62,723 bases of DNA, taken from a virus. The DNA is taken from the IMG/VR virus record IMGVR_UViG_3300028920_000026, positions 128,001-190,723 of that record; one strand, given 5' to 3'. Every line of letters begins with the position of its first letter. Within the stretch, counting starts at the first letter, position 1. The position numbers and the translations under genes were made by a program. The notes under the pieces are model-generated. The model did no database searches and was not told where the DNA came from. It worked only from the letters and a program-made list of their open reading frames with translations. Positions 55,285 to 62,723 of the stretch are shown here, in pieces.

Positions 55285-58200
55285 ATGATCAGGATTGCTC
55301 ACCTCGCTGACGTTCACTATAGAGGGCTTGCACGTCACGATGAGTACAGACAGGTTTTTGATGCGTTTGCCGAGGACGCATTGGCTGCGTCTGTTGATAG
55401 GGTCTACGTTGCAGGCGACATCTTCCACACAAAGACGACGGGCATAAGTCCAGAATACATCCAGGAGATCTCTCGTTGGATGACACAGCTCTCGTCAGTC
55501 GCAGAGACACATCTGATTCTTGGCAACCATGATGGGAACCTGATCAACCTCTCGCGTCAGGATGCCGTTACGCCAATCTTTGACCTCGTTAAGCAACACG
55601 GTACGAAGAATCCCATTCGCCTCTGGAAATGGAGCGGCGTTTACGATTTCGCGCCGGGGATGAAGCTGTGCCTGTTTAGTATCTTTGACAAGGAGACCTG
55701 GGACAAGGTCAAGCCCGTCCCTGGCTACGTCAACATTGCAACTTATCATGGACCAGTAAGCGGTGCACGAACGGAATCTGACTGGGTCGTTGAGGGTGAT
55801 GTCTCGCTTGAGATGTTTAAAGAGTATGATTTTGTTTTTCTCGGAGACATTCACAGGCTTCAGTATCTCTGCTACAGGATGATCAAAGGAGAAGAACGAC
55901 CTTGGATTGCATATCCTGGTTCGGTATTACAGCAGAACTATGCGGAGGCAATCGATCATGGGTACCTGCTTTGGGAGATTGAGGATGCAAGAGACTTTGA
56001 CGTTTCGTTTAGAAAGCTTCCTAATCCACGTCCGTTCATCACTGTCAACTGGAGGGGGAATGTTGAATCTACTGTTGAGCAGGCTCGTGGTTTTGGTGAT
56101 GGCGTTCGTGTCCGCGTCAGAAGCGATAGACACATAGCGCAAGGTGATTCTGACGCATTATCGACGGCCTTGAGGAGCGAAGCCGGTGCATCAGAGATCA
56201 CGTTCAAGTCAGACGTTGTTGTCGGCAATCCTGTTTTCAAAGGAGAAGACAACCAAACACTCGTCAGAGATGACTTCAGGAATGCAGATGTTGTTCTGGG
56301 CCTTGTGCGGTCGTTCCATTCGAGCACGTCTTTCAATGATGATGACATCGACCGCATGCGCAGCCTCATCAACGGGTACATCCATACGATTACCAATGGT
56401 GATGATGTCACGCGTCATACAACGTGGTCGTTGCGTGAGTTCAGGTTCGACAACCTATATGGGTACGGAGAAGGAAATGTCATCAACTTCGACAAGCTAA
56501 ACGGAATCACAGGTATTTTCGGTCCAAATAGGACAGGAAAGTCGTCGATCCCAGGCGGCATCATGTATACCTTGTTCAATACGTCTGATAGAGGAATGAT
56601 CAAGAACATCGACATTTGCAACGTCAGGAAGCCTTACTGCTACGGCAAGGTGAGGTTCTCTGTAGATGGTGTCGATTACATTGTTGAACGTCAGACGTCG
56701 AAGCACGAGACGAAGAAAAAGGGCGTGTTCAATTCAATCACGGCATTGAACATCTGGAAGGTCGAGCAGGACGGATCGCTGAACGATCAAGTCTGTGACA
56801 GCAGGAACAATACAGAGAAGGCGCTGCGTAAGATACTTGGAACAGCCGAGGACTACCTCCTTACAGGATTGTCATCGCAGGGTGAGACCGATTCGTTCGT
56901 CAAGTATAGGTCGACTGCACGCTGGCGTGTGTTGGCGAGGTTCCTCGATATTGACATCTTTGCAAGGATGGAACACTTGGTAAAGGAGGACATCAAGGGA
57001 TTCAAGGCACAGCTTCGCAACTTTCCAGAAAGGAACTGGGGAGAGCTCGCGAGGGATGCCCGTCGTCGTCTAGAGGAATGTACTGAATCGATCGAAGGAA
57101 AGGTTGATGAGCTTCAAAAGGTAAACGCTCGTCTTGCTGATGTGAACGCGCTTCTTACGGCGCACGGATCAAAAGTTGTTGTTACGCCTGTTCAGGTTGA
57201 ACAGTTGAGAATGAAGCTCGAGTCCGATGAAGCGCAGCTGCTTGATAATAAGGAGGAGCTAAAAACGCTTCGTTCAGAAAACAAAGCGAATGAGAAGAAA
57301 CTTTCAAAGATCGATGATCTTCTAGCTCAGCATGATATCACAGCGCTTCGTGCGAAGGTCGATGAAATTGGAACAGCACGAACTCGTGTAAGTGACCTCA
57401 AACATGCATTAGAACGTCACGATTCGACGCTTGCATCAAAGAAGCGTTCCGCAAAGTTGCTTGAGACAGTGCCCTGCGATGACAAGTTTCCTACATGTAG
57501 GTTCATTAAAGATGCTCATGAGGATAAGGCAAAGATAGCAGAGCAGGAGAGGGTCGTGCAGGAGGCGCACCAGCTTCTTGTAGAGGCACAGGAAATGTTT
57601 AAGTCGATGTTGGAGGACGACATCGAAGGACGTCTGAAGAAGCTTGAGGCACTTCGTGATCGTCGGTCGAAGCTCGAACTCGCGATCTTGCGCAAGAAGA
57701 ACGAGATTGACAGGCTCGAACACGCATTACGGGCAACGGAAGAAAAGGTCGAGCAGGACATGTCGACGTTGCAGGAGCTCGAGTCGGCGCTGAACGACGA
57801 AGAGAATTCTGAGATTGTTCAGCTTCGAACTGAGTCTGACAACATCAGAGAGCGCATCGATGAGATCGATAACGAGAGGTTTGCCCTTGCGACAAGAAAA
57901 GGCAGGATTGAGTCAGAGATCACGAATATGCTGACAGAGAAGCGCACTCGCGATGAGATCCTCGGAAACATGAGGATTCACGAGCTGCTGGCGATAGCAT
58001 TTTCGAAGAAGGGTATTCCACGCACAATCATCACGAGCCAGCTTCCTGTCATCAATATTGAGATTGCAAAGCTTCTCAGCGGTGTTACGAACTACAAGAT
58101 CGAGTTTGAGGTCGAAGACGGTACAGATCGCCTAGAGATGTACATTGACTACGGAGACTCACGTAGGATCATCGAGCTCGGTAGTGGTATGGAGAAGCTC

Positions 58201-58455
58201 GTTGCGTCGATTGCAATTAGGGTCGCGTTGATCAACGTATCGAGCCTCCCACGCCCAGACGTCTTCTTCATAGACGAGGGCTTCGGTGCCCTTGATTCTC
58301 TGCAGATCGAGACAGGCACACGTCTCGTTCGTGTGCTAAAAGATTACTTCAAGAATGTGCTGATCATCAGCCACGTCGATGCGGTCAAAGAGATCGTTGA
58401 CGGGTTGATTGAGATCACGAAGGACGAGCAAGATTCACGCGTTGTGTATGATTGA
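55285..58455 (+). CDS. Fused Mre11/SbcD-like phosphoesterase + Rad50/SbcC-like ABC ATPase (single 1056-aa polypeptide)
   Basis: The N-terminus has calcineurin-like motifs I-V (IAHLADVHYRG; VYVAGDIFH; ILGNHDG; ATYHGPVSG; VFLGDIHRL). The C-terminal part has Walker A, GIFGPNRTGKSS, a long coiled coil (about 56900-57900), a signature-like SGMEKLVASIAIRVAL, Walker B/D-loop VFFIDEGFGALD, and the H-loop ISHVD. Confidence 0.65.
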   Translation: MIRIAHLADVHYRGLARHDEYRQVFDAFAEDALAASVDRVYVAGDIFHTKTTGISPEYIQEISRWMTQLSSVAETHLILGNHDGNLINLSRQDAVTPIFDLVKQHGTKNPIRLWKWSGVYDFAPGMKLCLFSIFDKETWDKVKPVPGYVNIATYHGPVSGARTESDWVVEGDVSLEMFKEYDFVFLGDIHRLQYLCYRMIKGEERPWIAYPGSVLQQNYAEAIDHGYLLWEIEDARDFDVSFRKLPNPRPFITVNWRGNVESTVEQARGFGDGVRVRVRSDRHIAQGDSDALSTALRSEAGASEITFKSDVVVGNPVFKGEDNQTLVRDDFRNADVVLGLVRSFHSSTSFNDDDIDRMRSLINGYIHTITNGDDVTRHTTWSLREFRFDNLYGYGEGNVINFDKLNGITGIFGPNRTGKSSIPGGIMYTLFNTSDRGMIKNIDICNVRKPYCYGKVRFSVDGVDYIVERQTSKHETKKKGVFNSITALNIWKVEQDGSLNDQVCDSRNNTEKALRKILGTAEDYLLTGLSSQGETDSFVKYRSTARWRVLARFLDIDIFARMEHLVKEDIKGFKAQLRNFPERNWGELARDARRRLEECTESIEGKVDELQKVNARLADVNALLTAHGSKVVVTPVQVEQLRMKLESDEAQLLDNKEELKTLRSENKANEKKLSKIDDLLAQHDITALRAKVDEIGTARTRVSDLKHALERHDSTLASKKRSAKLLETVPCDDKFPTCRFIKDAHEDKAKIAEQERVVQEAHQLLVEAQEMFKSMLEDDIEGRLKKLEALRDRRSKLELAILRKKNEIDRLEHALRATEEKVEQDMSTLQELESALNDEENSEIVQLRTESDNIRERIDEIDNERFALATRKGRIESEITNMLTEKRTRDEILGNMRIHELLAIAFSKKGIPRTIITSQLPVINIEIAKLLSGVTNYKIEFEVEDGTDRLEMYIDYGDSRRIIELGSGMEKLVASIAIRVALINVSSLPRPDVFFIDEGFGALDSLQIETGTRLVRVLKDYFKNVLIISHVDAVKEIVDGLIEITKDEQDSRVVYD

Positions 58456-58458
58456 TGC

Positions 58459-58749
58459 ATGCGCATCTCGCGTTGTCGTGTTCGTACCGACAAAGAAACG
58501 CACATAACGGTCACAATCGACCGTGAAATATGCACCGTTCCAGTGGTTTGCCCACTGTGCAGGTCGGTCATGCGTTCATGGGACGACGAGGTCGCATGGA
58601 ACGAGCTGAGCTGCTGTGATGCGTGCGCTCAAAAATGGGCCCGACAGGACAAGGAGCGTTGGGTTGCAGGATGGCGTCCTGATCCTCAGGAGGTTCAAGA
58701 TGCCGTTCGTGATCGTCCACGATTGTTTCTTGCTCAGCAGATATCATGA
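58459..58749 (+). CDS. Small zinc-ribbon protein (96 aa)
   Basis: CPLCRS...CCDAC. ORF between the Mre11-Rad50 gene and the terminase genes. Confidence 0.3.
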   Translation: MRISRCRVRTDKETHITVTIDREICTVPVVCPLCRSVMRSWDDEVAWNELSCCDACAQKWARQDKERWVAGWRPDPQEVQDAVRDRPRLFLAQQIS

Positions 58750-58782
58750 GAGCGAGATACCTATCTGTGGAGATACAGGAAC

Positions 58783-59166
58783 ATGCCTGCAAAGATCGAT
58801 TACAACGCCCTTGGACAGGCGCTTGATACGACTTGGGGTCGTAGCTCGACGCCGCTCACATCGTCAACATCAGTGAAGATGCAACTTGCTGGCGAAGGCA
58901 CCATCAAGGTAAACTACGCATCGATCGTTAGCTTTAGAAACCAACGAGAACTTCAACAGACTCGTGCAAGGTATGTTGATGAGGCCCGCTGCATCATCAA
59001 TGCAACGATAAACGATGTCAAGAAAACGTACAAGGAACTGACGGGTAAGAGCATCAAGACGTCTGAAGTGACGGCGGATGACTCGCTTGAGGTTATTGGT
59101 CTTGCAGTGCATAATCCCATCAAGAGAGCGTATGCACGACGTACTGCAATATTTGAGATCGCATGA
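58783..59166 (+). CDS. Possible small terminase subunit (127 aa)
   Basis: Its position is immediately upstream of, and translationally coupled (ATGA) to, the large terminase. The size is consistent. No sequence motif recognised. Confidence 0.3.
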   Translation: MPAKIDYNALGQALDTTWGRSSTPLTSSTSVKMQLAGEGTIKVNYASIVSFRNQRELQQTRARYVDEARCIINATINDVKKTYKELTGKSIKTSEVTADDSLEVIGLAVHNPIKRAYARRTAIFEIA

Positions 59167-60797
59167 CCAAGAAGCAACAGGTTGTAGAGATCCTCAAGTG
59201 TGGCAGAGATCCATCGTACTTTATCAACAATTACGTCAAGATCCAGCATCCCATTCGAGGGTTGATTCCGTTCAAGACGTACAAGTTTCAGGATCAGTGT
59301 CTTCTTGACTTTGAGAAATACCAGTTCAACATAACATTGAAGTCTCGCCAGTTGGGACTTTCGACAGTAGCGGCGGCATATGCTGTGTGGCTTGCGATAT
59401 TTCATCGTGAGAAGAACATCCTTGTCATTGCAACGAAGCTTCAGACGGCAACAAACTTCATCAAAAAGGTGAAAGTTGCACTTGCAGGTCTACCAGACTG
59501 GTTAAAGCTTCCGAAAGAGGTCGGTATTGCAAAGACTGAGGTTACGTTTGACAACGGCTCACAGATCAAGGCGATCCCAACGTCAGAGGACGCAGGTCGT
59601 TCAGAGGCGTTGTCGCTCCTCATTGTCGATGAGGCGGCGTTTATTCGTGACTTTGGAGAGATCTGGACAGGTTTGTATCCCACGTTGTCAACGGGTGGTC
59701 GAGCCATCATCATCTCTACGCCAAACGGCGTTGCGGGTGTAGGCGCTCAGTACTATAGGATGTGGACAGAGGCAGAGGCCGGTCAGAACGACTTCAATCC
59801 AATCAGGCTCGAGTGGACGATTCATCCAGAGCACGATAAAGAGTGGTTCGATAAACAAGCCCGCCAGCTTGGTGATCCCAAGAGGATCGCTCAGGAGCTT
59901 CTCTGTGACTTTCTTGCGTCTGGTGATACGTTCCTACAACCCGACGATCTAGCATGGGTACGTTCACAGATCAAAGAACCTATCTCTCGTGAAGGTTATG
60001 CACACAACGTTTGGGTCTGGTCAAAGCCACACCCTGACGCCAAGTACGTCATGTCTGGTGACGTTGCTCGTGGCGATGGAAACGACTATTCAACGTTCCA
60101 CATCATTGATGTAGCAACATGTAATATCGTTGCTGAATTCATGGGTAAGCTTCCTCCCGATAGACACGGCGAACACATGGCCGAGTGGGGGAAGAAGTAC
60201 AATGATGCTCTCCTTGCCGCAGAACTAAACACGTATGGGTATATGACGAACGTCAAGCTTCGTGACATGGGTTATCCACACCTCTTCTACAAGAAGTGTA
60301 ACATGGATCCTTGGTTATACCTTGCGAGCGATGATGAGCTGCCAGGGTTCGACAACCAAAAGAAGACGCGTACGCAAATTCTGTCAAAGCTTGAGGAGTC
60401 GATCAGGAACAGAACATTCCATTCACATTCACGTAGGTTGTACGAACAGCTCAACACGTTTGTCTGGAACAATGGCAAGGCGATGGCGTCATCTGATAGC
60501 CACGATGACCTTGTGATCAGCGCTGCTATCGGTTGTTGGATTGTTGACGGTGGTGACAAGGTAACAGAGGCAACGCTTGCAATGACAAAGGCGATGCTTG
60601 CGTGTTCTCATAGGGAACAGGGCGTACGCCACGAGAAGCTTGCACAGATCGACAACGTTAAGCCCCTGGTGAATCCAGCGTTGTTGGGCATGAATCCACA
60701 CAGTGTTTACAGACCACGCGACCCGTCACAGGTGAGTCGTAATGCACGAGTAGCACCGGGAGCGTTGAACGACTTCAACTGGCTTTTGGGTAGATAG
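59163..60797 (+). CDS. terL: Terminase large subunit (T4 gp17-like ATPase + nuclease)
   Basis: The N-terminus, YFINNYVKIQHPIRGLIPFKTYKFQ, is followed by Walker A-like LKSRQLGLST and Walker B LLIVDEAAFI. The C-terminal nuclease region contains acidic residues (HIIDVA...SDSHDDLV). Confidence 0.75.
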   Translation: MTKKQQVVEILKCGRDPSYFINNYVKIQHPIRGLIPFKTYKFQDQCLLDFEKYQFNITLKSRQLGLSTVAAAYAVWLAIFHREKNILVIATKLQTATNFIKKVKVALAGLPDWLKLPKEVGIAKTEVTFDNGSQIKAIPTSEDAGRSEALSLLIVDEAAFIRDFGEIWTGLYPTLSTGGRAIIISTPNGVAGVGAQYYRMWTEAEAGQNDFNPIRLEWTIHPEHDKEWFDKQARQLGDPKRIAQELLCDFLASGDTFLQPDDLAWVRSQIKEPISREGYAHNVWVWSKPHPDAKYVMSGDVARGDGNDYSTFHIIDVATCNIVAEFMGKLPPDRHGEHMAEWGKKYNDALLAAELNTYGYMTNVKLRDMGYPHLFYKKCNMDPWLYLASDDELPGFDNQKKTRTQILSKLEESIRNRTFHSHSRRLYEQLNTFVWNNGKAMASSDSHDDLVISAAIGCWIVDGGDKVTEATLAMTKAMLACSHREQGVRHEKLAQIDNVKPLVNPALLGMNPHSVYRPRDPSQVSRNARVAPGALNDFNWLLGR

Positions 60798-60822
60798 TTA
60801 ATACGTTGAGAGGCGTAACAAC

Positions 60823-61191
60823 ATGGACAAGAAGACCGCTGGAAAGAATAGCACCGTGAAGATCACGATCAGTGAGAAGCGGATGCGTGAAATCATCAGT
60901 GAAGAACTTGCTGCTGTCATCAAGGAGGCCGGCAAGTCTGTCATCACCGAGGACATGCAGACCGAAGATGAGCAGAAGAAGTCTCACGAGATCTCTGCCG
61001 CAGCGAGCACGCTCCATGATGCGATCGAGTCTTTCGAAGGTGAAGACCTTCCTGACGTACCGTCGGAGCTCGCGTCAGCGCTCCAGTCCGCAAAGTCGGT
61101 GTTGGCAAACATGGCTGATAGTCCAGGTCAGTATAAGGGCGGTGCGCCGGTAGCAGACAGTGGCGCTCCTGTTGAAGGAGAGAGGTTCTAA
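60823..61191 (+). CDS. Hypothetical acidic helical protein (122 aa) between terminase and portal
   Basis: ORF; Glu/Asp-rich. Its position suggests a head-assembly accessory or scaffold-like protein. Confidence 0.3.
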   Translation: MDKKTAGKNSTVKITISEKRMREIISEELAAVIKEAGKSVITEDMQTEDEQKKSHEISAAASTLHDAIESFEGEDLPDVPSELASALQSAKSVLANMADSPGQYKGGAPVADSGAPVEGERF

Positions 61192-61260
61192 CCTATACGA
61201 AGTTCGACTTGATTTTACCATCGAGTATAGCTTGCTCGTAAATGGGCTGGCGAGGTCAAG

Positions 61261-62723
61261 ATGCCAAAAAAGACATCAGTTTCGTTATTCAGGCGCCTTA
61301 ATCGGCTGTTCAGGAGCGGTCCGCAGATCAGAAGAAAAATTCGCACGTCTGACACGACGATGGCGGTCCCCGACAAGACAAAGTCGTCGGGTGTTCTGCT
61401 GTTTCAAAAGTCGATGTCACCGACGTATGCGACCATCACGTCAAACGCGTACAACCTGAGTGAGAGGTTGATGCGTTATCAAGATTTTCAAGAAATGGAA
61501 TACACTCCTGAACTGGCAGCGGCACTCGACATTTATGCTGATGAGTCAGTGCCTCAGGATGAGAAGGGACGCATCCTTCACATCTACTCGGAGAACGAGA
61601 AGATCAAGGAGGTGCTTGAGGACCTCTTCTACAACGTTTTGAACGTTGACTTCAACCTGCGTCCGTGGGTCAGGAACCTCGTCAAGTATGGAGACTTCAT
61701 CCTCTACAACGACGTGCATCCTGAGTACGGCGTTATGAACGCGTTCCCGATTCCGGTGAACGAGATCGAACGTGAAGAGAACTACGACAGAGAGGATCCA
61801 TTTGCGGTCAGGTTCAGATGGGTCACGCTTGGGAACAGGACGCTCGAAAACTGGGAAATTTCACACTTTAGGCTTCTTGGAAACGACATGTTCCTGCCGT
61901 ATGGTTCGTCGGTTATCGAACCTGCCCGCCGCATCTGGCGTCAGCTGATCCTCATTGAGGACGCGATGTTGGTCTACAGGGTGGTCAGGGCACCAGAACG
62001 TCGTGTCTTCTATATTGATGTTGCAAACATCCCTCCTGACGAGGTTGAGAACTACATCAACCAACAGAAACAACAGTTGCGTTCGTCGCAGGTTATCGAT
62101 CGTGAAAGCGGTCGAGTAGACCTTAGATACAACCCGCTCTCTGTAGATGAGGACTACTTCATCCCAGTTCGTGGGACGGAGTCAGGAACGAAGATCGATA
62201 CGTTGACGGGTGGACAGAACACCGCTGCCGTCGAGGACGTCGAGTACATTCAGAAGAAGATGATTGCCGCGTTGAAGATCCCAAGGGCGTACCTCGGATA
62301 CGACGACATGCTTTCGTCAAAGGCGACACTTGCACAGGAGGACATTCGCTTTGCGCGTACGATTAATACAATTCAGAAGACAATCATTGCCGAGCTGAAC
62401 AAGATCGCAATCATTCATCTGTACGCACATGGCTATACAAACGAGGATCTCATGGACTTCAACCTTAGGTTGACGTCTCCTTCAACGGTCGCTGAACAGC
62501 AGAAGCTTGAGCTCTGGCGAGCGCGTTTTGAGATCGCAGGTGCTGCCCCCGAGAACATGTTGCAACCCAAGTGGTTGATGAAGAACATCCTCAATATGAC
62601 AGATAAAGAGATCAGAGAGAATGCAGCAGGCGGCGGCGGAGGCGCTGGTGGAGGAGGCGGGGGAGGTAGCCTTGCTGGTGACCTCGGCGGTGGAGAAGAT
62701 ATCTTTGGTGGCGGCGACGAAAG
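61261..62723 (+). CDS. Portal protein (T4 gp20-like), 3' partial (runs off the window)
   Basis: The ATG at 61261 opens a frame that stays open to the window end (487 codons). It was not in the track because no stop is reached. The translation (...LLFQKSMSPTYATITSNAYNLSERLMRYQDFQEMEYTPELAAALDIYADES...) has the length and composition pattern of gp20-family portals. The last about 35 aa are Gly-rich. Confidence 0.65.
   Translation, partial: MPKKTSVSLFRRLNRLFRSGPQIRRKIRTSDTTMAVPDKTKSSGVLLFQKSMSPTYATITSNAYNLSERLMRYQDFQEMEYTPELAAALDIYADESVPQDEKGRILHIYSENEKIKEVLEDLFYNVLNVDFNLRPWVRNLVKYGDFILYNDVHPEYGVMNAFPIPVNEIEREENYDREDPFAVRFRWVTLGNRTLENWEISHFRLLGNDMFLPYGSSVIEPARRIWRQLILIEDAMLVYRVVRAPERRVFYIDVANIPPDEVENYINQQKQQLRSSQVIDRESGRVDLRYNPLSVDEDYFIPVRGTESGTKIDTLTGGQNTAAVEDVEYIQKKMIAALKIPRAYLGYDDMLSSKATLAQEDIRFARTINTIQKTIIAELNKIAIIHLYAHGYTNEDLMDFNLRLTSPSTVAEQQKLELWRARFEIAGAAPENMLQPKWLMKNILNMTDKEIRENAAGGGGGAGGGGGGGSLAGDLGGGEDIFGGGDE

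Noticed and set aside
1-62723. CRISPR arrays, rRNA genes, integrase/attachment sites
   Set aside because: I found no regularly spaced direct repeats, no rRNA-like conserved segments, and no tyrosine or serine recombinase motifs. The region looks like a lytic-phage replication and structural/accessory segment.

Overview
This window reads as a segment of a large tailed dsDNA phage genome (T4-like myovirus lineage). The recognisable hallmarks are a gp17-like large terminase (59163-60797), a gp20-like portal that runs off the 3' end (61261->), a sigma-70-family/gp55-like sigma factor, a DnaG/Toprim primase, an Mre11+Rad50 nuclease-ATPase, an XPD/DinG-type helicase, a PIN-PhoH protein, ClpP and a GroEL-like chaperonin. 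Genes are tightly packed with many ATGA or TAATG start/stop overlaps. Positions 1 to about 23820 are transcribed on the minus strand, and positions about 23960 to the end almost entirely on the plus strand, with a divergent AT-rich control region at the switch. The minus-strand block from about 4.7 to 23.8 kb is dominated by an unusually large glycan-biosynthesis-like locus of at least 9 glycosyltransferases, 2 SAM-methyltransferases and a nucleotide-sugar dehydrogenase. It is interrupted by mobile nucleases, a Pth2-like peptidyl-tRNA hydrolase and a single tRNA whose anticodon reads UUA (an ochre suppressor). At least seven free-standing homing-endonuclease-like genes (HNH, GIY-YIG, and a repeated zinc-ribbon/NUMOD3 + PD-(D/E)xK family) are scattered through the window. 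Three consecutive giant ORFs (838, 1384 and 649 aa), translationally coupled, have no recognisable catalytic motifs. I found no rRNA, CRISPR array or integrase.
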